From Podarcis pityusensis (taxonomy: Eukaryota): a stretch of DNA of 64,000 bases. Below the pieces are notes generated by a model, which was given only the letters and a program-made list of their open reading frames with translations, was not told the DNA's origin and did no database searches. The stretch is taken from assembly GCA_964106645.2 (NCBI GenBank), contig OZ067038.1; one strand, 5' to 3'. The first letter of the stretch is position 1; the number at the start of each line of letters is the position of its first letter. The position numbers and the translations under genes were made by a program. Below, piece by piece: positions 26,382 through 37,584 of the stretch.

Positions 26382-26566
26382 GGCATGCACCCTTTACCTT
26401 TAAAGCACATTTGACACACTATCCCCCACTCCAAAGAATCCTGACTGTTGTAGTTTACCCCTCACACAATTACAGTTCCCAGCAACCCTTCACTACAGTG
26501 CCCAAAATTCTTTGAGAGAAGAAATATGTGTAGAGTGTGCTTTAAAGGTATAGTGTGTCTGCAGCC
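26382..26566. mobile_element. Palindromic MITE-like repeat
   Basis: Inverted CCTTTAAAGCACA / TGTGCTTTAAAGG near the ends. Confidence 0.55.
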
Positions 26567-26662
26567 TTCAGTCTTCCAAGCAGCTGTGTATGACTGTGGT
26601 ACTAGCAGACTGTTGTGCTAACGGACAGTTGCCTGACTTTTGGTGTTTGTGTGTGTGTGCAG

Positions 26663-26839
26663 ATGTCAGCCCTCCCCGTAGGGCACGTGTCACAGATGTC
26701 ACAGAGAGGACCATCACAGTCGTCTGGCGTACCAAGACTGAGGCAATCACTGGTTTCCATATTGATGCTGTCCCAGCAAATGGTCAAAATCCTGTTCAAC
26801 GAACAATTGGCCCTGATGTTAAACCCTACACTATCACTG
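26663..26839 (+). CDS. FN1: Fibronectin exon 36-eq, FNIII-13 first half (HepII heparin-binding PPRRARVT)
   Basis: [59 protein letters not shown]. Confidence 0.96.
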
Positions 26840-27191
26840 GTATGTGAACTTATTCACACCACCTCTGTGTCTGCCCATCGTCCTATCTGCGCCCAGGCTC
26901 TGAGTCTGAGTCTCCTTGGCTCTTCCTTTCCATACCTCCACTACTTTTCAGTATGATTTCAGAATGCAGCAGGGATGTCTGTGACAAAAACCCTGCTCAC
27001 CTTCAATAGGAAGCAGCACAAAGGCCCTAATTCCCATCCCCGCCATTCATGGTGATGCCACCCTTAGGGCTTGTCAGCCAACTTCCTTGGAAGCCCTTGC
27101 TAACATGTTTTTATTGACTTGAGGTGCAATGCTGTTCAGAACAGTACTTTATATGAGCAAGGTTTATTTTATTTTTAATATTTCACTTTGA

Positions 27192-27302
<111 letters not shown>

Positions 27303-27524
27303 TAAAAACTCATATTAACTGAAATGGTGGTTTCCTTTCCTTTGATCATGTAAATCATCTGTGGCATGTTACAGCAATGATTCTCTTCCCGCCGCTTGGA
27401 CTTTGGGGGAGAAGCAGAATGTTCTCAGACTTGTAGCTGAAACATATGGAAACTGTATTTCCCCCTTGAGGGATATGATGTCATATTAAAATACACGCAC
27501 TCAATGGTTTTATTTGTTCCTCAG

Positions 27525-27704
27525 CCATTGACGCCCCCTCCAACCTCCGCTTCCTTACAACCACAAGCAACTCCCTGCTGCTCACTTGGCAGCCACCCCG
27601 GGCCAAGATCACAGGATACATCATCAAATATGAGCAGGCTGGGGGGCAGCCTAGGGAAGTGCTTCCACGTCCCCGCCCTGGCACTACGGAGGCCACTATT
27701 ACAG
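27525..27704 (+). CDS. FN1: Fibronectin exon 38-eq, FNIII-14 first half
   Basis: [60 protein letters not shown]. Confidence 0.96.
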
Positions 27705-28419
27705 GTATGACCTCTCCCCAAAGTAGTCAGCTGTTCAGCTGAGAGGTGGGGTAAGCCTGTTCCTTGCTTGACCATCCCTGGTGGGTTGGGGGTTTGGTAA
27801 TGACAACTTTTGACCCTGCCTCAACAATCTTGCCCATTGTAACGAGTGCATTTTGTCCCAAAGACCTGAATAGGAGCAGTTGAGAACTAAGCCTACTCCT
27901 ACATGCATAGCAACAGTCTGGGACCATATCCTGGCCATGCTAAAATATAGCAGGCCAATAGACCACTTTGGTTCAGTTGTTTCAGAATATGAACCTTATT
28001 AGCACTTCTATCCTTTAGAACCCTGCCTCTATCTATCTATTTAGAAACATGTATATCCCACTTTTCCACTGTGACTGCATTTACAAAATCTGAACTTAAA
28101 CAGGACAACAGATGAACAGTATTAAATAACAGAGAGATGAAAGTAACAAAACAAGAAAAACAGAGAAACCATATTAAAATATAAGAAGTTAAACCAGCAA
28201 AACCTATCTGATAAATGCCTATCTGAACAATAACTAGATGGTAGTAAATGGGAGCAGTGTGTGTATAGAGTTCAAAACTAGAAACCTGTAAACACGTACC
28301 TGGTAGTAAGCTCCATGAAAAACAACGAGGCTTATTTTTGAGTAAGCATGCATAAGATTGCACTGCAACCTTGAATACTGTTTCCTTTTAAAAATGGGTT
28401 TATGCCAATCCTTTGTCAG

Positions 28420-28509
28420 GTCTGGAGCCAGGAACAGAATATGTCATCTATGTATTTGCTGTGAAGAATAATCAGAAGAGTGAACCATTGATTGGAAGGA
28501 CAAAAACAG
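28420..28509 (+). CDS. FN1: Fibronectin exon 39-eq, FNIII-14 second half
   Basis: [30 protein letters not shown]; GT-AG ends. Confidence 0.95.
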
Positions 28510-29778
28510 GTAAAACACCTTCAATCTTACTGAGCACGAAAGAGAAGCTAGATGCAGTTCTGTTTTGAATTTCAATTAATGCCCTTGCCACACAACTGGT
28601 GGCACATCACTGCTTAAAATTTCCTTTATATTTCTGGACACAAGTGGAGACACTCATCAATCTGTATATATATATATATTCAGATAAGTTGGTAATCCTG
28701 ACCTGCAAAGTACTAATGCAGTTTAATAGATTTGGCTGCGGTTGACAAACCTCCTTTCACTTTTTGTCTTTCCTGTTTCCTACTTTTAAAATGGTTGATT
28801 TAATATTGCTTCTTACCTCTGAATTTGTTAGAAACTGAGGGTACACTCCAATCCAAATTAAACAAGTCTGCTCAAAATTAAGCTTCACAACATTCAATAG
28901 TATATGTGGTTGCATCCTCAGCATTTAATTTGATTGGTGAGAGGTAAGCACTTGCTTAACTCTCCTTAATTGTAAATCAGTGGAACCTACAAATGCTTGA
29001 TTTGATCTGGATTGTAAATCATCTAGCTTTTTATAGATTCAAAAGGAGAAATCTATATTGATTAGTAGATATCAGTTGATGCATGCGGGTCTGAGTGACT
29101 TGTTCATAAGACACAAGAGTTGCTTTTTCTCAGAAGAAAGGGAGTCAAGAGCTTCAGTCATGGATGATTGACATAACTCTCAGTTAGTTTCAAACCAGAT
29201 TCACCTTTGAAGTGTGTGGTAAGTAGTTGTAAAGTAGAGGGGAGTTCAGGTGTTATCATCCTAAGCTAAATGATTTTGGAAATAGGTGCAAGGAGTAATG
29301 TAGTATATAACATTTCTCCCCTTTAGCTGAAATTACATCAAAGGAACTGAATATAGTGGTCCAAGGGCCTAATTTGAGGGTACATGAGAGTCATGTACTG
29401 CCTTCCATGGTGGAAGAGTGGCAGGATAGAAATGTCCTGTCATTCATTCATTCATTCAGCAAAAGATAATTTGTGGCAAGAAGGTTCTTTTGCTTCATAG
29501 GGGATCATCTCAAAGGTACAAAAATTGTCATCACTTTGGCTCATCTTGAGTTCTGTGGGCACATGCTTTTGCCTTCTGGCTGAAGTGCTCTAAGTAGCCT
29601 CTGTAGAGAAACTGCATGATGACTTTGAGGACCCTTGAGAATGCTGCTAACATTTAATTGCTTGAATTAGGCAGTGTTTTATGGAGCAGCTGCTTAGTTT
29701 GTTTCATAATGAAAGCAGCGCTTGCTGAAGGGTGCTTGAGAACCTGGCTTTGACTGCTTCTAACCTCTCTTTGGCTAG

Positions 29779-30218
29779 ATGAGCTTCCCCAGCTAGTAAC
29801 GCTGCCACACTCTGGCCAAGGTGTGTCAGAGAACCTGGATGTGCCCAGCACTGTGGAGAACACGCCTTATCTCACCAACAACCCGCATGATAATGGAAAT
29901 GGTATCCAACTTCCAGGGACTTCTGGTCAGCAGACTATATTGAGCAAGCCAGGCCAACAAGTCATTGTGGAAGTATATGGGTCTCGGACCCCTACAACTG
30001 CCACCACCCCAGTGGGGCGTAGGCCACATGTGCAGCCTGGAGACCTACCAGACGTGGATGAACATGCTTATTATCCCCACAACCTTCTGCCCAAGAATAA
30101 TCACACGAGGCTCCAGGAAGCAGTTTCTCAGACAACCATTTCTTGGACGCCCTATTCAGAGACCACGGAATACATTATCTCTTGTCAACCTGTTGGTGCC
30201 GAAGAAGAGCCTGTAGAG
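29779..30218 (+). CDS. FN1: Fibronectin exon 40-eq, variable (V/IIICS) region plus FNIII-15 first half
   Basis: ctag|AT GAG; [11 protein letters not shown]...LDVPST...[13 protein letters not shown]...[35 protein letters not shown]|gtaac. Confidence 0.94.
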
Positions 30219-30464
30219 GTAACTTGGTTTTGTTAATTTCTAAAATGTAGTGGTAATTCTGGAAAAGTGTTGTTGCCGTTCTGCTTGTTTAGATAACGCC
30301 CTCACCGGCACTTTACCAAGTTTCATAGGCAAACTGTCTTCAAGACCCCATTCTCAAGGAATTTGCAATCTAATAAAGACAATGATGAAAACAGGGATGG
30401 CATGCTAAAGGTAATGGTTAAATGTACCCACTGAAGTTACACGTACTTTAATCTCAGTTGGATA

Positions 30465-30835
30465 TTATTACTACTACTATTTAAATTTCTATACCACCCT
30501 TCTACTGAAGATCACAGGGCGGTTTACAATATAAAAACACAAAAATACATGTCATAACAAACAAAAACAATACCCCCCCCCCAGTTTAAAAGGCAATAGG
30601 TGGTTTAATGGGAGGCCTGGGAGAAGTGGAATGTTTTTGCCTCAAAATAAGTAACCAAAGCACCAGGCAAGCTTCCCTGAGGAAAGCATTCCACAAATGG
30701 GGAGCCACGACAGAAAAGGCCCATTCCTGTTTTGCCACCCTCTGGACCTCTCTCTGAGGAGGCACACAAAGAAGGGCCTCAGATGATGATCACAGGGTCT
30801 AGGTTGGTTCATATGCGGAGAGGCAGTCCTTGAGG
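30465..30835 (-). mobile_element. L2-type LINE 3' end
   Basis: (TAC/TAT)n tail, then CTATACCACCCTT...GGGCGGTTTACA...GCATTCCACAAATGGGGAGCCAC; boundaries approximate. Confidence 0.6.
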
Positions 30836-31710
30836 ATGAAGGAGAAGGAAAGCAGAGAAATGGCATTAATACACATTTAGGGAGGTGCAGTAATGGAAAA
30901 TAGGTCATTTAATGAGTCATTGCAGGCAGCTAATTAGTCTGCTAGGGTAATGGTAGAGCTATAGGGAACAGAGACTACAGAACAGATAGAAGAAATGAGA
31001 GCTAAGATACCGGAGAAATGTGTTGAATACTTCAAAAGTAACATGCTTTTGCTGCTACAGATGGGAATCCATGGTTGTGAAGAGGGTTTTTTCTTGGTCT
31101 AAGGCAGAAATGAGGAGCTTGTGATTCTCCAGAAGTTGCTGGATTATGACACTTGTCACAACTGACTACTTGCCATGCTGGCTGGAGCTGATAGAAGTTG
31201 GGAGTCCAGCAATATCTGATGGGGCCACTCAGGGTCCTCATCTCTGTCCTATTGGATAGGAAATGCCTTGTCCAAAACAGGGTGGGCTTATCACTCCTGC
31301 AAAAAACTGGGGCAAATGCTGGTGTGGGAAAGAGACTTGCTGTGAGCTACTCTTTCAACATTACTAGAGCTGCACAGGAAGAAGACTTTGTGGCAGCTCC
31401 TCACCATGAAGGTGACATCAAAAAGTGGCCAAGCAGTAAATTGGCTGCTCAAATCTCACCCTGTTCTTGACAACTTGAGTAGATCTAGGTAGCCACATCA
31501 CTGCATTTGTAAAAGAAGGGGGAAAGGTGCTGGAATAAGGGAGACTTGTCTCATCTCTATTTGGGTAAAGAGAAGCCATATCCTCATTGGATTGGACCCC
31601 AGAACCCTGCTCTCTAGAGAATCGACTTGATATACAGCCATTTCAGAGCCAGTGTCTCATTCTTCAAGAAAGCAAAATTCAACATGTTTATACATCTTCT
31701 CAAATTGTAG

Positions 31711-31849
31711 CTCAGAGTTCCTGGCACATCGTCAAGTGCTACACTTACTGGTCTTACTAGAGGTGCCACCTACAACATCATAGTGGAGGCAATTAAAAAT
31801 AGGAAAAGGCACAAAGTCCTTGAAGAGGTGGTCACAGTGGGCAATGTTG
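31711..31849 (+). CDS. FN1: Fibronectin exon 41-eq, FNIII-15 second half
   Basis: [46 protein letters not shown]; GT-AG ends. Confidence 0.95.
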
Positions 31850-32434
31850 GTAAGTAGAAAGGAAGCACTTTGGGGGAAGGGCTCCACTCTTCTTTTGTGT
31901 AATAACCTTGGTTTAGGGTCGCTGATAACTATGGTGTCCTTGTTTGGTTGGATTCACACTTGTATCACACTAATCCTTCATGGAGTTCAGGATGGCATGC
32001 ATAGGGGTCTCCGTGCCACATGCCAGTTTAACCTCCCAGGGAGGTTAGTTAGAGAGAAAGTGACCCTGGCCAGCTTCATGGCTGACCGGGGATTTGAACC
32101 CTGATCTCCCCACTACTGCACTCTAACCACTGCACCATTCTAGCTCTCAAACTCCTCTTTGATTTGTGTATCTTTCAGCATACATTTCTGCCTGTTCTTT
32201 TGCTTCCTCTGAGTTATATATTCAAATAATCTTAGTGGGAGAGGAAGCCTGTTTAAGCAATGAAATCCAGATCATTATCTGAACAAAGATAATTAAGGTA
32301 GATTTTGTGCTATTTATCGCTGCATGGAGACTTCATTCTTACTGGCACTCTTTTGAGTGTGTGTGTGTGGGGGGATTGTTTGCTAAGAAGTACTGCATGT
32401 TGTCATACTACTTTTCATTCTGTGTCCTTTCCAG

Positions 32435-32599
32435 TTCCTGGAACATCAAACCAACCAACAGATGACTCATGTTATGATACATTCACTGGCTCCTTCTACT
32501 CTGTTGGGGAGGAATGGGAAAGAATGTCTGAAACTGGATTTAAACTCTGGTGCCAATGTTTAGGCCTTGGCAGTGGACACTTCAGATGTGACTCTTCAA
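32435..32599 (+). CDS. FN1: Fibronectin exon 42-eq, FNI-10
   Basis: [50 protein letters not shown]. Confidence 0.96.
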
Positions 32600-32644
32600 G
32601 TGAGTAGCTTCTTGAATTCATTTGGCTCCATTTCTAAAATTTGA

Positions 32645-33120
32645 GGCAATAAACCCCAAATACCTACACCTCGCCCCCCCTCAGAAGGGTGGTGAGGAAT
32701 CCCCAGCACAGAACTATACTACAACGCCAACCAAGTGCACCACATAATCCCATGCATTCCAGAAGACGAAACAAAACAATGGGTACACCTGGAGAGAGAC
32801 GTAATCGAAAATACCCCCACCGTGGCACACCCATTCCTCCCAAACATATCCCCACAACGCTAAACAGGTTCACACAGACAATGCTTTAAGCATGGAAGGA
32901 AGAAGCAGGTAAACTGTCCCCAACCCCAGCCCCACTAAACCCCCTGGCTCACCACTCACTATTCCACCACGCAGCACAAAACCTCCAGATAAAAACCTGG
33001 CAAGCCAAAGGCTTATACCGCCTAGCAGGCTTCTACAAAAACAACAAACCCACATTGACACAAGAAATACAAGGCAAACTAGGGGACACCCAAATGCCCT
33101 GGTTAACACACCACCATTTT
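32645..33120 (+). mobile_element. Degenerate L1 ORF2 fragment
   Basis: Frame reads EGW*GIPSTELYYNANQV...KQWVHLERD, resembling L1 GG.G.P...LYY.A.Q...WV..E. Confidence 0.55.
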
Positions 33121-33290
33121 CATTGTGCTGTGATGTTAGACAACCCAGAAAAGGGGATAGCACACATTTGCGTAGCTGGTTGTACAATGGACAGTATAAA
33201 AGAATATGTTCTACTGGGTCCAGCACATTCAAAAAACATCTGCAATGCCTATCGTTTCAGGAGATGTTTAAATATCTGCCCTTAACAAAA
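33120..33290 (-). mobile_element. Non-LTR retrotransposon ORF2 C-terminal Cys/His fragment (clade uncertain)
   Basis: GRYLNI..DRHCRC...DPVEHILLYCPLYNQLR; same motif as 55600-56048. Confidence 0.6.
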
Positions 33291-33620
33291 GCTGAGGAAA
33301 AAACTTTCAGTTGGCCCTGCGTTGGACTGGAATTATTAACTGTGAAATATAAGTGACCCTGCTATTTGTTGGATTTAAACCATAAAACATAATCCAGCTA
33401 GAGCTGTCATTAATTCTGATTTACACCAGTTTTTTCCCAATTAAAGTTCAGTATTTTGTTTGCTTCAGGACTTTACCAGCTGACTACCCTGATGCCAAAC
33501 ACTTACATTCTTACATTTCCCCCCCAGATAAAATAAGACACCTAATTGAACATTGCTTCTTCTGTGTGTGCTTCACATTTACAGATACTGACAGCCAAAT
33601 CAACAACTAAATAAATCCTG

Positions 33621-33746
33621 TGTATCTGAAGAAGTGTGCTTGCACACGAAAGCTCATACCAAGAACTAACTTAGTTGGTCTTAAAGGTGCTACTGGAAGG
33701 ATTTTTTTTATTTTGACTATGGCAGACCAACACGGCTACCTATCTG
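33621..33746 (+). mobile_element. Solo Penelope-like element terminal repeat fragment with 13-bp target-site duplication
   Basis: Flanked by TAAATAAATCCTG at 33608-33620 and 33747-33759; begins with a minimal hammerhead motif typical of PLE repeats. Confidence 0.75.
33622..33659 (+). ncRNA. Minimal type I hammerhead ribozyme motif
   Basis: Stem I GTAT/ATAC; core CTGAAGA; stem II GTGTGC-TT-GCACAC; GAAA; palindromic AGCT in place of stem III; predicted cleavage after C33655. Confidence 0.75.
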
Positions 33747-34342
33747 TAAATAAATCCTGATAACCTGAAGACAATTTGATAAAACCTAAACACTATGTCT
33801 TGATCATATTGCAAGTTATAGCCCTCATTCCCAGCCTTGTCATATGTATCCTAGCAGCATTAGAGCTTTCTAAAATAATCTTAAAAGCCAATTCACTTTC
33901 TAAATATGTTCATAATATGTTCCAGTGGTGAAGCACTGCTCAACCCTTAGCAAGATCAACTGCTTCTAGCTCACCCTGGGATAAGTGATGGTTTAAGCAG
34001 CCTCACGTAGCAATCACAGTAATGAGGAGACCAACAGCAGGTGGATGTGGCTGAAACACCCTAGAATTATTTTTTGGATAGGCGGGGACTGTTACCTGGG
34101 AACAATAACAGGAATTATTTTTTATGGATACTAAACATGTCAGGCCCCTTTTTACTTCCAAGCTGTGCCTAGCTGCCAGTTGAGTGGATAGGAGCTCTTT
34201 TTCGTTGAAATATTGTTCTTTGTAAAGAGCTCCTTCTACAAACCTGAGGCTTTTGTCTATGGGACCCTAAGCCCCAGAATACATCAAGTGACCAACACAC
34301 TGTCAAACAGGGCTCAGTGTGGATTCAGCATCACTTTATTGA

Positions 34343-34516
<174 letters not shown>

Positions 34517-34675
34517 TGATGTATAAAACAACATTCCTGCTGCTCATGCTTGTCCCCAAAATAACCTAGAAGCGAAATCTAGGGTGCTATTCAACTGGGT
34601 TTCACTCAGAGTAGATCCATTGAAATTAGTGGGCCAAACTTATGGATCTACTCTGAGTTAAGCGTAGTTAAATGC

Positions 34676-34731
34676 CACCTCTGGTGATTTATTTTTCTGA
34701 ATTCACCTCTAGTGATTTATTTTTCTGAATT
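34676..34731. repeat. 28-bp tandem duplication
   Basis: CACCTCT(G/A)GTGATTTATTTTTCTGAATT x2. Confidence 0.9.
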
Positions 34732-35213
34732 AAAATGAAAAGTTGGGGTCCAATTCCTGTCCTCTGGGACAATTCTTCTTACAGGAGTGTTTAACTGGCA
34801 ACGAGGGTGTTCGGCACAGGGTTGTTCATTCTTTATACCACAAAAGGCAAGAAAAATGTGTTCCTGCCATCAGGATAAAGTTTCTGCCCAGTTTAGGTGC
34901 TCCCTCTTACAGGAAAGCACTGGCAACTCATGGCCCTACTGCCAATGCTGGTGGCCATAAATCAACAGTACTCAACTAGGTTTTCTTCCCTCCTCCTCTT
35001 TTCCACAGGCTGGCAGGTAGGAGAAAACCTGAACAAAATCCTGCCAACCTGTTGATGAATACCACACTGGAGATAACCTCCTAAATTGTCTTAAGAATCT
35101 TCCTGGTATAGGTTGGCACTGTTAAGGTGGATTTAACCTGAGATGTTTTGCCCTCCAAGTGGCAAAGTACATGCCAGTTAAAAGAATTGCTTGTTCCTTG
35201 GCTTTTTTTGTAG

Positions 35214-35320
35214 ATGAAGCAACTTGCTATGATGAGGGCAAAATGTACCATGTAGGAGAGCAGTGGCAGAAGGAATATCTTGGGGCCATCTGCTCCTGTA
35301 CTTGCTATGGAGGACAGCAG
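35214..35320 (+). CDS. FN1: Fibronectin exon 44-eq, FNI-12 first part
   Basis: [36 protein letters not shown]|gtaag. Confidence 0.96.
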
Positions 35321-36092
35321 GTAAGCATTCTAATACCAGTGCTGTGACTTATAACAGGCAGCATGGTGTGTGAGAGAGAGTGGGGGGGGGGAGGCAGGAG
35401 GGAATATGACATACTTGCAGAATCTGGACATATTTTGTGGCTAATGCCCACTCAGGTTCAGAGTTCATTACATTTTAAGTGACTCTACAGTAACAAGCAC
35501 TACAAATGAAATTGTTAAAGGGGAGCCTAAAGCAGAAATAAACATGTGACATTATGCATTTTTGCCTGGTTTTACAGGCATGCGCAGTATATGAAGTCTG
35601 ATTTACCAATACTAATGCCACTTTCAGAACAAGTACTTTTGCAGCATTGTGGATGAGCTGTTTAGAGCTGCCTAGGTGACGCAGTACTGTTCCTGTCTCC
35701 TAACATGGCTTTCATTCAGATAGCTTTTGTAGTTGTTGAAATATTATTTCCCAAATGATCAGTACATCTGTTCATGCAACTTATTTAAGTCTATACTGAA
35801 AACACTTTAAATGACTTTGACCTTAAAACACTGTTAGTTCCTCTGCCTACTAAGACTGTAATCATACACAGTGAGTTCCCATTCACTTAAAATCAGTGAA
35901 AATTTACCTGTATGAATGAACCTGTGATACCTAGTGAATCAACCTCTCATTTTGACTGGATCTTTTCCCTTAGGATACGAAGGGAAACAATTGTGTATGC
36001 CACTTTTCTTCAGGGACAAAATTGAAATTTGATATATATGGCATCTTCCATTCAGAATCTCATGCTAAAATGCAGTGTTTGTTTATTTAAAG

Positions 36093-36203
36093 GGCTGGCG
36101 TTGTGACAATTGTCGTCGGCCAGGGGCTGCGCTCTCACCTGAAGGTTCTCCTGGTCACACCTATTCACAGTACTCACAGAGACAGCAACAAACTTCAAAT
36201 ACT
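36093..36203 (+). CDS. FN1: Fibronectin exon 45-eq, FNI-12 end and C-terminal linker
   Basis: [37 protein letters not shown]|gtaag. Confidence 0.95.
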
Positions 36204-36845
36204 GTAAGTATAGAAGCCCCATTCATCTGACAGCAGTGGCTGTTCAGCACTGCTCACCGTTGTCACTAAGAATGCAAATTCCTGGTAGTCTTCCACTATA
36301 GACAGGCAACTTCTGTTAACATCATGGGTCTCCCAGCAGTTTCTAATCTAAGAGACTGATCAGATGCACAGCTTCAGAATCAAGTGCTTCTAGTTCAACA
36401 CCAAAATATTTAGAATAAGTTAGTCATCTGCTTGGCCAGCCTAAAACAGTTCTAAACCACTTTCATGTGATGACTAATCAAACGTTCCTAGTCTGACTGC
36501 CACAGGGTTCCAGTTCCCACAATATCCTACGGTATGATATGGTATGGTATGAAACAAGACTGGAATGCAGTTTGTGTCAAGAGTGAGTGTGTTTATTGGA
36601 CCATGTCCAGGTTAGCGGCAGAAGGAAGGGAAACCAATACAGCCATCACTTTGATGAATGCAATGGAACAGGAACATTTCCATTCCCTTCGGCAGAACTG
36701 CTGCCCATCCCTCCACCTCACAATTCATCTGTTAAGGGTTTGCATTGTGAAATGTCAACAGATGCAAGTATTTTGGCTGAGCAAGATACTTTCCACCTTC
36801 TAGACCTGTTGAGCTGATTTCCTTCCTCCTCCTTTCTTCCAGCAG

Positions 36846-36920
36846 AATGTTCACTGCCCCATTGAGTGCTTCTACCCTTTGCATCTACAAGCAGAGACGC
36901 CAAATCGACGAGGAGACTAA
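36846..36920 (+). CDS. FN1: Fibronectin terminal coding exon 46-eq with interchain disulfide CPIEC; alternative acceptor start at 36843
   Basis: ttccagcag|AAT; NVHCPIECFYPLHLQAETPNRRGD*TAA. Confidence 0.94.
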   Translation, partial: NVHCPIECFYPLHLQAETPNRRGD

Positions 36921-37578
36921 CACCAGCCAAGGAAAGTCTTTCTTGCCAAGACCATCCACTCTAGAATGCTGCTAGAGGAAAGCAGGTCTGCTTCGGGTGG
37001 CCAGAGCGCCTTTCTCGGCTTTGCTCAACTCAACTCACAGCTTCTCCAAGGGAGGCCACTCTTGGAGTGTCTCAAGACTTCTTTTCACAAAGGATAGTTG
37101 TATACTGTCTTCTCTTTTGCTCAGTGTTTCAATACCATTCAGTATTTTCCCTGAAGACGACTCATACTAACTCATAATTTGCTCAGCAACCAGTAGCCAT
37201 AAGGGATTAAGGGGAGGGGCTCTCCTGCCATAGGGAATGAATGAAAATCCAAAGTTCTGTGTTCATCTAATTGCGCAGCTACCAATAGGGACTGCAAACC
37301 CCATCACTGTGATATCTAAAAATATGCACAGTCCTAATCTTTCTAAATTATCCTAATTTCTTTCCCTAGCGGTATGTTTGTATCTCGTACTGTTATTTAT
37401 CAACATTGTTCTTCCTTTCCCTGCTCCCTCCCCTCCCCCTCAGTGTTTTTTTAACAGGAAAATATATTAAAGACACTTAGTACACCATTGACAGAGGAAT
37501 TTGGTATAATTATGATCAGTGATTATTTTTTATACTGTAAGTGCCAAAGCTTTAACTACTGTGGGAGACAACTCTTTT

Positions 37579-37584
37579 AATAAA
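37579..37584 (+). terminator. FN1 polyadenylation signal AATAAA (3'UTR about 36921-37600)
   Basis: AATAAA about 660 nt after the stop, followed by GT/T-rich sequence; context resembles the mammalian FN1 3'UTR end as I recall it. Confidence 0.8.

Noticed and set aside
34606-34659. Short hairpin ACTCAGAGTAGATCCAT / ATGGATCTACTCTGAGT resembling a pre-miRNA
   Set aside because: Looks like a small palindromic interspersed repeat; no known mature miRNA recognised
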